A DNA stretch of 64,000 bases from Lama guanicoe (Eukaryota), in assembly GCA_013239625.1 (NCBI GenBank), contig MU053933.1, positions 498,001 to 562,000 on the forward strand, given 5' to 3'. The stretch's first letter is position 1. The number at the start of each line of letters is the position of its first letter. Below the pieces are notes generated by a model. The model was not told the origin of the DNA, did no database searches, and worked only from the letters and a program-made list of their open reading frames with translations. The position numbers were made by a program, and so were the translations under genes. Below are positions 1 through 11,127 of the stretch, in pieces.

Positions 1-2822
1 AGAAGTGGTGCACAGGCAGGATGGGGAGCCAGAGGGGGAGGGGACAGGGCAGGGAAGCCGGGAGCCTGCGTGTGTCCGAGTGTGCATTTGTGTGCACGTG
101 TGTATGTGTATAAGAACGTGTCTGTGTGCACGTGCGCGGACGAGTATGAGCGTGTGTGTGCATGTGGTGGGTGTCTGTGAAGTATGTGTGAAGGGCCGTG
201 TGTGCGCGTGCGGGGTGGGGATGTGGGCGGCGCCATCAGCAGCACCTGGCCTCAGGGTTGTGGCCCCATCAGAAATCTCTTTATTCGAGGGTCTTTCCTC
301 CTCCGTGCAGTGGTGCGAGGGGGACTGTCCTGGCGGGGGGGCACTCACACCCCACCTGCAGAGAGGGGCTCTGGTTTGTCCCCTGCTCGCTGTGGTGACT
401 CTGGGCCAGGGCTCCCAGGCCCCTGTCAGCATCTCGGATTTGCAGCATCCAACAGGTGGTCCATCCTGCTCCTCCAAAGGCTGTCTCTAGGCCTTGGTTA
501 CACTCCGGCTTCCCAGCTGTCCTCCTCAGCCCCACACTCAGCCACTGGGCACGAAGCCTCTGTTGTCAGGGCCATGCCCGGCAGCGGGGCAGCCCCTTCC
601 AGGGTTCAGCCGGCACCCAGCACTGGGGGCAGCAGAAGCAGCACCGGGTGGGGCTGTCCCTGGAGGAACGTGCGGTCCTGGGACAGCAGGTGCCATCACC
701 TGCCAGTACAGGGTGCGGCCAGGCCAGCGCTGGGCCCACAGCCCGGCATCGGGCAGGGATGCTTTCGGAAGACGACTGTGAAAGGAGGCTGAAACGTCCC
801 AAGGGGCTTACGGTGCAGGGACCGCGAGTGTGGCTGGGGGAATGTGTGCTGGGGGCCGGAGTAGGGAGCCTGGACATGGGGGAGGAATTGCTAGGTAGGG
901 GGTGTCCAGGTGGTGGGGCCAGCGGGGCAGCTGGGCTCTGGGAGGAGGGGTCCTAGGTTGGAGGTGGGCCGGGGGTGGGTCTCAGCAGGGGGCCCGGGCC
1001 GCTGCGGGCAGGTTGTTCTCATCAAGGATGTTGTGCCACTGGGCGGGGAGGGCCCGAGGGCCTTCAACCTTGTTTAGGAACAGGGGTGGGGAGGGTATCA
1101 GGCCCTGAGGACCCCAGGAGCTGCTGGCTGGGTGTTGAGCACCCCCAGTCACCCCAGACCAGGAATTAATATCCACATTTAGCCAATGGGACCTGGAGGC
1201 TCAGAAAGGTTGGGGTGGGGAGCAAGGTCAATGTCACACTGCCTCTGAGGAGCAGCCCTGTGCCCTCTGTGACTGCCTCTGCAGGGGCCTCCTTGGCGCA
1301 GGGTGGGCGGGAGACCCTCACCCTCCGAGCCTCTGGCTGGAGCCCTCGGCGAGTTCCCTGGTGGAGGCCGGGCCTGGGGCCGAGGGCGGGCCAAGCGGCT
1401 ACCGGGTCAGCGTGGATGGACACGTGGGCCTGGCTGGCCTCCCTCGAGCGTGAATCCACTTTCCCCTTGGGGGCCCTCAGGCCACAGACACGGTCCTTGG
1501 GTTGAAGGACCAACTGGGACGTTTCCAGTGTCCACAGCCTTCATCGGCCCCACTCCAACCCCTCCAACCAGCACAGCTGGAAAAAAACCATCAGGGTTTT
1601 GCTTCCCTTTCTTAACGATCTCTAAGCCTGCCACCTGGAGGTGGGCACACGGGGAGGGGGGCTGGCAGCCTTGAGGGGGCAGCTTCCCTTCTGAGCTGGC
1701 GTCTGAGCACAAGCCGGGCTGGGGTGCGGCGTGGGCAGAGCTGCCCCCGCAGTTCTCAGGCCCGCACGGACGCGGGGCTGGTAGACTGTAAGTGAAAGGT
1801 GCTGGAGGCAAGGCCGCTCCTGCCCGCGGCGCTCAGGCGCGGGGGGCGCCAGGCTGTCCCCCGGTGAGTCAGCACCTCCTGCAGACGGGCGGGTGGGCCG
1901 AGGGCGAGGCGCCGACGTGGGCTCTCCTGCTCGCTGTTTTTCTGAGCTAGACAAACACCTGGTTTAGCAATTAAATTCAGTAGGATTCAGGGCCGTACAG
2001 AGCAAAGGGAAATTCATCTCTCATGAGTCATCTGGGCCCTGGAAACCACGGGGGCTCCTGTGTTTTGAAATTTGTCAAAAAGTTAAGATGCCCCCAGACT
2101 GACTTATATACAGACACAGCAGATTACGTGTGTTAGCCGACTGAGCTTCCCGGCATTGTTGTTGTTAAATTTTATTCAAATTGTTTTTAATTTTTAATTT
2201 AAAAAAAATTTAAATTTAAATTTAAGGTCTCACCTCTTACACAGATGTACTGTATACAGATGGTGCCAAGTATGGCTTTAAGAAACACAAATTAGTCCAT
2301 GCCCCCAAAATTCACTGGAGGACAGAATCACGTCCATAAATATGTGTAAAATTCTTGTGAAGACAGAAGGGGACTGCGCAGGTGGTCTGAGGCAGTTCTC
2401 AAAGGGATTCAGGGTACAAGGCGCGCACCCTGTGATGACACACGTCCTGGACTCGGTGCCTCTGGCACAGCCCATCCCAGATGTGGCTTCGCGGATGTGC
2501 TGAATGGGATTCTATTTCTTAGCTGAAGAACTGCAGGAACGGTAAACATCACGCAGGCAATTGCTCCAAAAACATGGAGATAGAAGCGCAAGCACTTCAA
2601 GAAGCAGATGAAGGAGGCAGGTCTCCATTCAGGTGTTTAAATGTTTCCATGTTGGATAATTCAGTTAAGAACCTGTATGTGTTTGTTCCCAGAAGCTAAT
2701 GCATCACAGTCTCTACCAAGGAAAATGAATTCTAAATACTATTATGCCTTTCAGTCATTCTAAGTTCTCTATTTGCATAAAAACCTAGAGAGACCAGTAA
2801 TGTTCAAGAGCTAAAGATTCTT

Positions 2823-3680
2823 CTTAAAAATGCTTTCTTCCAGTTTTTTTTGAGCTGTAACTGACATACAGCACTGTGGAAAGTTGAAGTGGTCTGACTG
2901 ACTTGCATCATGAAATGATTATCGCAAGTGTAACGAGCATCCATTAACTCATATGGATGCAAAATTAAAGAAATAGAAAAAAATGGGTTTTCCTTGTGAT
3001 GAGAACCTTGAGGATTTACTCTTTTAACAGCTTTTCATATATAGGGGTAGCAGTGTTAATTATTTTTCTCATGTTGTACATTACATCCCCGGTACTTATT
3101 TATCTTACAACTGGAAGTTTATGTCTTTAGACCCACCTTCATCCAATTCCCCCTCTGCCCACCCCTGCCTCTGGTAACCACAAATCTGATCTCTTTTTCT
3201 ATGAATTTCTTTTTGAAGTATAATTGACCTGCAACACTGTGTTAATTCCTGTTAGACAACACAGTCGTTCCATGTTTCTCTGCATTTCAAAACGCTCACC
3301 AGGATAAGTCTAGTCATGAGGTGTCACCACGCAAAGGTGTCGCACAGTAATCGACTGTATTCCCCAGGCTGCACATTTCATCCCCGCGACTCATTTATTT
3401 TGCAGCTGGAAGTTTGTCCCTCTTAATCTCCCTCACCTAGTTCTCTCCTCCTCCCTCCTTCCCCTCTGGCAACCACCTGTTTGTTCTCCGTGTCTGTAAC
3501 TCTGTTTTGTTGTGTTTGCTCATTTGTTTTGTTTCTTAGATTCCACATATAAGGGAAATCATACAGTCTTTGTCTTTCTCTGTCTGACATTTCACTTAGC
3601 ATAGCACCCTCCAGGTCCGTCTATGTTGTCTCAAATGGAAAAATTTCATTCTTTTTTATGGCTGAATAGTAGTCCTTTAA

Positions 3681-3715
<35 letters not shown>

Positions 3716-5125
3716 TATAATGCATCTTCTTTATTTATTCATCTATTGATGGGCATTGGGTTGCTTCCACATCTTAGCTATTATAAATAATGATGCTATG
3801 AACACAGGGATGCATATATCTTTTCTAATTAATGTTTTTGTTTTCTTCAGATAGATACCCAGGAATAAAATTGCTGGATCATATGGTAGCTCTATTTTTA
3901 ATTTTTTGAGGAACCCATACTGTTTTCCATAGTGGCTGCACCAGTTGCATTCCCACCGGTGGTGTGGAAGGGTTCCTTGTTTCCCACACACTCTCCAGCA
4001 TTTATCTGCAGACGTTTGATGATGCCTGTTCTGACTGGTGTGAGCTGATACCTAACTGCGGTTCTGATGTTGAACATCGCTCCGTGTGCCTGGTGGCCAT
4101 CTGTATGTCTTCGGGAAACTGTCTATCTAGACCCTGTGCTCAGGTGGTTTGTTGTTTTGATGTTAAGTTGTATGAGTTCTTTGTACACTTTGGATATTGG
4201 CCCTTTATTGGACGTATCATTTGCTTATATCGTCTCCCACTAAGTAGGTGGCCCTTTGGTTTTGTTGAAAGTTTCCTTCACTGTGCAGCAGCTTTTTAGT
4301 TTCACTTAGTTTGGTGTTTTCCCAGCACCATTTATTGAAGAGGCTGACTTTTCCCCGTTGTATATTCTTGCCTCCTTTCTCGTAGATGAATTGACTGTAA
4401 GCGTGTAGCTTAATTCCTGGGCTCTCTGTCCTGTTCCATTGGTCTGTCTGTTTTTGTGCCGGTGCCATGCTGTTTTGAATGCTGTAGCTTCGTAGTGCAG
4501 GGTGACACCACAGCTTTGTCCTTTCTCAAGATTGTCTGAGCTGTTCAGGGTCTTTTGTGTTTCCATATAAGTTTCAGAATTATTTGTTCTAGTTCCATGA
4601 AAAATGCCATTGGTATATTGACAAGGATTGCATTGAATCTGGAGACTGCTTTGGATAGTACGGCCATTTAAGCAACACTAGTTCTTCTAATCCATGAAGA
4701 CACTGTGCCTGTCCACCTGTTTGTGTTATATTCAGTTTTCCAAATACAAGTCTTTTACTTTCTTAAATTGATTCCTAGGTGTTTTTTTTTAATGTGATTG
4801 TGAATGAGATTGCTTTCTTAATTTCTCTTTCTGACAGCTTGCTCTTAGTGTACAGAAATGCAGCAGATTTCTGTATATTAGTTTTGTTCCTGAAACTTCA
4901 CTGAATTCGTGGGTGAGTGTCTTGGTGGCATCTGTGTGTGGGACCACGTCCTCTGCGAACAGCGACGGTTTTGCTTCTCCCTTTCCAATCTGGATTCCTT
5001 TTTCTTGCCTGGTTGCTGTGGCTAGGATTTCCAAAACTATGTTGAATAAAAGTGGTGAGAGTGAGCTTCCTTATCTTGTTCCTGATCTCAGAGGAAATGC
5101 TTTCAGCTTCTCACTGTTAAGTATG
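2823..5125 (-). mobile_element. 5'-truncated LINE-1 (ORF2 3' part plus 3' UTR) inside the USP1 retrocopy 3' UTR
   Basis: ORF2 remnants ([40 protein letters not shown]) and an L1 3' UTR. TSD atgttcaagagcta(a/c)agattctt at 2800-2822 and 5126-5148. Confidence 0.93.
3682..3713 (+). repeat. (CA)n microsatellite within L1
   Basis: Uninterrupted acacac… run. Confidence 0.95.
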
Positions 5126-6488
5126 ATGTTCAAGAGCTACAGATTCTTTAATGTAAGCAACTTTATCAGTTTGTCCAGGTCTGTTTAAGATGCACACAAG
5201 GGAAATACTCCCATTCTATGATTTCTTATAAAACAGCCAGTATGGAGCAGATGCAGGAGCTGCAGAAGGGAAAGGGACCTCAAAATGTCCTCTTCAGGGA
5301 CTTTCACATCCGATCATCAGAGAGCAGACAACGCCCTCCCTACCTGTCCAGGCTTTCCTTGCGGATGCTTTGTTCTCAGACCCACCGAGGCTTGTCTGGC
5401 CACCGGGTTCCTCGTCTGTCAGGTTCGCAGGCCTCATTGGTATTGTTAGTCTCAGCATTTCTGTTTTCAGCCAACCCTGTGCTGGTGACCTTGTCAGAAC
5501 TGAACCCTTTGCCATAAGGCTCATACTCTGCTCTTCTGTCCTCCAAGAATTCCAACAGCACCTACTGTACTTGGCTTTGCGTTTCCGCTGCCTCTAAGCC
5601 ACACTTCTTCCCTGGTGTAAGTTCAGCCACACCCCCGTTTCCTCTTTATGTGATGATTCTGATGTATCTATTTCACACGTATGTCCCTTGTCTAGTTCTG
5701 AACTGTAGAGGCCAGCGACTGTAACGGGGGCAGGCAATGTCCCCTTCCAGCTGTGAGACACCGTTGTAACCGCAGGGAAACCCCGGTGGCCCTCGGTCAG
5801 CCCTGTGCTCTGTGCTTGCAGGGGTGCTTTCGGAGGCGTCGGGAAGGGGTGCTGATCTCGGGGAGTCCGCCACCATGACAGTCAGACTCCAAGCCATTAG
5901 CAAGTAGAGCGCTTCCGACGGATAGTCACAGCTTCAGGCATCTTGTTAAACAAAAGACTTCAGCATCAGTATAACGGCGGCAGTTTTCACAGAAATGTGT
6001 GTCTTCTCCTGCAGTGCTCTCCACCGGGCAAATGGGCGAACCGGTGCACCTCAGGGTCTTCATCTCTGTTTTGGGCTCTGGAGAAATTTCAGAACTCTCT
6101 TTGATGTTGGGAAGCCCATCTACTTGTGCTGGTACACAACTATCTGAAAAATCTTCTTTCTGCTAAACGTTCACATTCTGAGCAATCTGTCCTTAATACC
6201 AGGTGACCTTGGGATCATTTCTCTAGCTCAAAACCGATTTGCTCCATAGTTTTATTTATGAGCTAAATCTCATTAACGCTAATGGACATCACATTGTTCC
6301 CTGGGGACTAGAGTCCGCAGATGTGAGCTGTGGTATCATTTCACGTCCCCAGAGTCCTCTTCCAGATCACATTCATTTTCTTTAGGTTGCCCTCTGAACT
6401 CTTGTGCTATGTTATTCTCCCCAGAATTAGGAAGAATGTGGGTTGCTAAGTCACAGACTTTTCAAACAATTTAACTCTTGATTTCTTT

Positions 6489-7184
6489 TTTCTTTCCTTT
6501 TTTTTTTTGTTGCAGTATAGCTGAGTACAATGTCGTGTTAGTTTCAGGTGTACAGCAAAACGATTCAGATATAGGTATATTCTTTTTCAGATTCTTTTCC
6601 ACTTTTCAATATAAGATATTGAATATAGCTTCCTGTGCTATACAGTATAAACTTACTGTTTATCTGTTTTATGTATAGTACTGTGTATCTGTTAATACTA
6701 ATTCCTAATTTATCCCTCTCCTCTTTTCCCCTTTGGTAACCATAGTTTGTTTGCTATGTCTGTGAATCCACCTCTGTTTTGTAAATAAGTTCGTTTGTAT
6801 CATCTTTTTAGATTCCACATGTACATGATATCATATGATATTTGTCTGACTTACTTCACTTAGTATGATAATCTCTAGGTCCATCCATGTTGCTGCAATT
6901 GGCATTGTTTCATTCTTTTTATGGCTGAGTAATATTCTATTATGTATATGTACCACATCTTCTTTATCCAGTCATCTGCTGATGGACATTTAGGTTGTTC
7001 CCATGTCTTGGCTGTTGTAAATAATGCTGCTATGAACATTGGGGTGCAGGTGTCCTTTCAATTAGAGTTTTCTCTGGATATATGCCCAGGAGTGGGATTG
7101 CTGGATCATATGGTAAATCTATTTTTAATTTTTTAAGGAACCTCCATACTGTTCTCCGTAATGGCTACACCAATGTACATTCCC
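6489..7184 (-). mobile_element. 5'-truncated LINE-1 3' end inside the USP1 retrocopy CDS
   Basis: T-rich tail at ~6489-6510 and an artiodactyl-type L1 3' UTR (gtttcaggtgtacagcaaa…). Perfect 16-bp TSD aactcttgatttcttt at 6473-6488 and 7185-7200. Confidence 0.93.
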
Positions 7185-7492
7185 AACTCTTGATTTCTTT
7201 GGTGAGGGTTTTGCACCCTGGTTTCAGAAATGTACTTAGGGATCATCTGGGGAGGAATTTGACTTATTTTTGGGATCTCGTCTGACCTAGTTTGTCACTG
7301 GTTCTCTTCCATTGAAGAAAATGGTCACACGATACAGGCTAAACCAAGTGTCCTGATGCTGTGCTCTGTCTGGCGACTCGTCTTGGGGAAAGCGGGCGGG
7401 GGCTGTATTTGGGGGAGTGAGCGTTAAACATCCCCCTGCACCCGGAGCTGTGCTGGGGCCGAAGACCTCACTCACTGCCCGTGTGTGTTCAG

Positions 7493-7638
7493 AACATGAC
7501 GAATACGGTGGTGAGGATCGTGCTGAGGAACGACGTGTCCCCAGAGGGCGTCATCCACCACCCGAAGATCCTGAGCCCCATCCACTGTGCCTTCCAGAAC
7601 GACCTCCTCATGTCATCGGGCTACACCCCTGAGTGGGG
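7493..7638 (+). CDS. UMODL1: UMODL1 coding exon (end of ZP-N and interdomain linker)
   Basis: ttcag|AAC acceptor and GG|gtgagt donor; 146 nt, phase 0 to 2. Translates NMTNTVVRIVLRNDVSPEGVIHHPKILSPIHCAFQNDLLMSSGYTPEWG, matching recalled human UMODL1 (NMTNTVVRTTLRNDLSQEGIIHHLKILSPIYCAFQNDLL). Confidence 0.93.
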
Positions 7639-8160
7639 GTGAGTGCAGCGGTCTCCCTGCAGCTGTCTGAGGCTCACGCTCCTCCCAGTGCCATCACCTG
7701 GCGGGAGTGGGGAGGTCTTTAGGGTTTCAGTCCCTTGAGGATCCTTCTCAGAGACCGAAGGTAAAAATGGATGGTGGCCAGAACCTGATAATGCCAGTTT
7801 CCCTGATTTTTGTCCCCATTTCTAGCTTAGGACCAACCGGAGATACCAGACCTGTCCCCCGAGCCAGTCACCTAGGATGCCCCTCCTAGCGAGCTGCCCA
7901 TGATGGCACCCCCATCAGGCACACCTGAGCCCCCCATTTCCCTGAGAAGCTCACCTCTCCTCTGCCTGCCTTTGAGTCTCCACAAAATGCCAGCGATGGG
8001 GCTGCCCCGAGCTCTAGCCAGCTCAGAAGAAATAGCCACTCTATGCTTGCTCTCATTTGGGGAGAGCAAGTTCCATACTCCTTTGGAGATGCATTTGGGG
8101 GAGGAATGGGAACAGGGTGGGTCACAGAAGCTGACCCCCTGCAAACGCTCCCTCCTGCAG

Positions 8161-8397
8161 GGTTTACACCATCATCGAGGACCTCCACGGCTCTGGGAGC
8201 TTTGTCACTGAGATGCAGTTATTTATTGGAGACTCTCCTATTCCTCAAAATTACAGCGTGTCTGCCAGCGATGACATCAAGATCAAAGTAGGGCTCTATA
8301 AACAGAAAAGCAACCTCAAGGTGGTCCTGACCGAGTGCTGGGCGACGCCGTCCAGCAACGCCAGGGACCCCGTCATGTTTGGCTTCATTAACAACAG
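8161..8397 (+). CDS. UMODL1: UMODL1 coding exon (ZP-C, first part)
   Basis: ctgcag|G acceptor and AG|gtagga donor; 237 nt, phase 2 to 2. Translates VYTIIEDLHGSGSFVTEMQLFIGDSPIPQNYSVSASDDIKIKVGLYKQKSNLKVVLTECWATPSSNARDPVMFGFINNS, with the ZP-C CWATPS motif. Confidence 0.96.
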
Positions 8398-8674
8398 GTA
8401 GGAGCTCCGGGGGCACAGGGCACCTGTCCCCCGATGTAGGCTGCTTTGGACTCTGAATTTCCAGGCAACACGGATGCAGACCTGGGTTTTAGGTAGTACC
8501 CGCAGGAGACCCTTCACTTGGGAACTTGGGGACTGGAGAGCTAGCCATCCTTGCCTTCTCAGAGCCTCATGGGGGTGGCTCCATGTGCCTCAGGTGCATT
8601 GGAAGGAAACTCACCTGGGAACGAGGACAAGACCGCTGGTTTAGAACTAATGAGTCACATTCCTCTCTTCCCAG

Positions 8675-8834
8675 CTGCCCCATCCCCAACACACACACCA
8701 TCGTGATCGAGAACGGAAACTCCTACAAGGCTCAGGTTAAGCTGAAAATCTTTTCCTTCATCAACAACTCCATAGTCTACCTGCACTGCAAACTCCGCAT
8801 CTGCCTGGAATCCCCTGGAACCACGTGCAAAATA
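8675..8834 (+). CDS. UMODL1: UMODL1 coding exon (ZP-C, second part)
   Basis: cttcccag|C acceptor and ATA|gtaggt donor; 160 nt, phase 2 to 0. Translates CPIPNTHTIVIENGNSYKAQVKLKIFSFINNSIVYLHCKLRICLESPGTTCKI, with the ZP signature VYLHC..C. Confidence 0.96.
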
Positions 8835-9724
8835 GTAGGTGCTTTGCTGTTCTGACCTCTGGACGCACGCTCCTTGTTAAGGGGAGCCCAGGGCTTGGGC
8901 GGCTCCGGGGCCCGCCTTTGGGAAGGAGGTGCTGGCCCTGCAGACTTGGCCCTTAAAAGGCGTGAAGTGAGGTTTCGCTGGTGGGTAGCCCTGGGTGGGG
9001 TTCTGATGTCGCCGAGTCCCTCTGAGACCGTACCGCTCCACTGGCCTGCACACCAGACCTTCCTTGTCATGGTGCTGCAATGCTTCTCCTCGAGGTGATT
9101 TAACACATATTTAGGAGTAAAAATGTGACTTTAATTTAGTGCTACTTTTAGCAACATCGATGGAACACTACTGAATTCTAGCCACTGCGATATTTAATCA
9201 GGGTTTTTTTTTCCCCTCTCTTTCCCGTTCAGCGTGTATGCTGGGATTCTGAATGATTTCACATTCTCATTTCCGCAGACCTTTGAATTTGAAATGTGCT
9301 TTGCGTTCTTGGTTGAAGAGTTATTCTTCCACAGACAAGTGTGTGGGGTGACTGTCCCAGCGGGGGCCGAGGACGGCGGAGAGGGCTCTGCTGGCCTCAG
9401 GTTTAGCTGCTGTGTGTTTCTCTCTCCTTTGGGGGACAGTTTTCCTGGGTGACCAACTGGATACAGGAGAAGATACCCAGTGACCCCTGATTTTATCGTC
9501 TCCTTTTCGCAAACAGTAGATCGTCCGGAACAACAGGAGGGAAGGAACACGGACCTGTGATACCTGCCAGCCGAGGGGGCTGCGAGCCTGCACCTGGTCC
9601 CGCGGCCCCTTTGGGACCCTGAGAGTGCTCAGGCCGCAGCAGCCTCGGCCGGGAGCTGCCGGTCTCAGACTCTCTACAGTATGAGCTTCACAGATTTCTC
9701 TCCCTGTCACCACCTTTAGGGTGG

Positions 9725-10102
9725 TGTTGGCTTGGCGTCCTGGGGTGGCCGTTGCGAAGTACCCCAGGCTGGGCGGCTTCGATCACCGAGGTTTATCCTC
9801 GCACAGCTCCGGAGGCCGGAAGTCTGAGGTCAAGGCGTCGGCCGGGTTGTCCCTTCTGAGGCTGTGAGGGACAGTCCTCTCCTGGGCCCTCTTCCTGGCT
9901 GGCAGACGGCAGTCTTCACACGTTGTCTGTCTGCGCGTGTCCGAGTCTGTGTTCAAATTTCCTCTTTGTACAAGGACCGCCACTGTAATGACCTCATCTT
10001 AACTTGATCATCGGCAAAGACCCTGTTTCCAGTTAAGGTCACTTCCACAGGCTGGGGCTAAGACTGCAGCATCTTTCGGGGGACACGGTGCACCCCATAG
10101 CA
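9725..10102 (-). mobile_element. MaLR LTR (MLT1B/C-like)
   Basis: Typical MLT1 motifs: cacagctccggaggccggaagtctgaggtcaagg, atgacctcatcttaacttgat, gggggacac…catagca end. Confidence 0.8.
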
Positions 10103-10512
10103 GGGATATAGTAAGCAGATCCTGTCATGTCACTGAACCTTTTTGTAAGGCAAAGGACTTCAGAGGAGCAGCTGTTGGCAGCAGGCGTGGAGAACACAAA
10201 GGAGACTCCCCTGCGCCTATGGGGCCAGAGCTAGTACCTGAGACAGCTCTGGGGGCTGCGTCTCCCTTCCTCCAACCCTCCCGCCGCCCAGCCCTGCCCC
10301 CATCCCACTGGGCCACCACGCCCGGCACAGCCCCGCGGCCCAGGTGGTCCGGCCTCACCCAGCCTCCTTCTCCCTTGCCTGAACTCATCCATCATGACTT
10401 GACCTTTCCAGCAGGAAAAAAGTACGAATCAGAGTATCACTCCTGAGAGCAGGTTCATTTCTCATGAACATTGTTCAACTAATTTGAACTTTCTCTCCTT
10501 TTAAAACAACAG

Positions 10513-10597
10513 AATTGCGATGACTTGCGGTCACTGAGAAGTGGGGAGACATCTGTGATGCACCAGATGTCCTGGGGGCCCCTCATTCGCTCCGAAG
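10513..10597 (+). CDS. UMODL1: UMODL1 coding exon (last ZP Cys, cleavage region, external hydrophobic patch)
   Basis: aacag|AAT acceptor and G|gtgagt donor; 85 nt, phase 0 to 1. Translates NCDDLRSLRSGETSVMHQMSWGPLIRSE; QMSWGPLIR is the EHP-like motif. Confidence 0.93.
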
Positions 10598-11127
10598 GTG
10601 AGTTGGTGACTTGGTTTAGACAATTAATGGAAACATGTATTTCACCAGCATGGACACCAACAAGCAACCACTTGGGAACATGGAACGCTTTGGATTTTCC
10701 TAAAGACTCATACTAATACAAGTGACAGCAACATTTGTGGAGGGCTCGACTTTCCACGGGGCAGGGCCCACTGGAGGCTAGATTTAAGGCCCATCTGGGA
10801 AAAAGTTGTCAGGGAGCTGATGCCCCAGAGTCTGGGGGCCTCAGGCTCCTTGGAGGTTGCAGCTGCTCCAGCAACCGTCACCAGTGTCCCTGTCCCAGTG
10901 TGTCCCTCTCTCTGGATGGGAGGTTGCCCGGGTTCTAGCAGGGTCACCGAGCAGGCGGTCAGGAGGGGGCCTCTTCTAGGCCATTACTGGGCACTCGAGT
11001 GACTGCACACACCTAAGCCATGACCGGGAGACCCAGAGCTGCAACCACTCCCGGCAACAGCCCTGGGAATGGGAAATGGAACCTCAGTTACCCCTTGTCG
11101 CCCAGGAAGGCTCTTTCCTACCCAGAC

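Larger units (their letters stand above)
2157..7318 (-). pseudogene. USP1: Processed (retro)pseudogene of USP1, 5'-truncated, with full 3' UTR, interrupted by two L1s
   Basis: Minus-strand translation gives USP1-like blocks in parental order: [16 protein letters not shown] (~7190-7250), PKENECDLEED (~6360-6390), EQIGFEL/LVLRT (~6190-6245), ESSEISPEPKTEMKTLR (~6050-6100), GILGGQKS (~5530-5555), DKVTSTGLAENRNAET (~5450-5500), PYWLFYKKS* (TAG at 5216-5218). There are many frameshifts and stops and no introns. The 3' UTR runs 5215-5126 and resumes 2822-2160, ending at a minus-strand AATAAA (~2171-2176) and a decayed A-rich tail. Confidence 0.92.

Noticed and set aside
5..490. ORF containing CEGDCPG, resembling UMODL1 CEGDSPG
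   Set aside because: The surrounding residues do not match and the ORF derives from a degenerate TG repeat. The preceding ZP-N exon was not found and probably lies left of the window.
2130..2160. TSD of the USP1 retrocopy itself
   Set aside because: No convincing matching copy was found near 7318-7400; too decayed to call.
5376..5561. 61-aa minus-strand ORF as a functional USP1-derived peptide
   Set aside because: It has a non-ATG start, is a chimera of frames, and is surrounded by stops and frameshifts.
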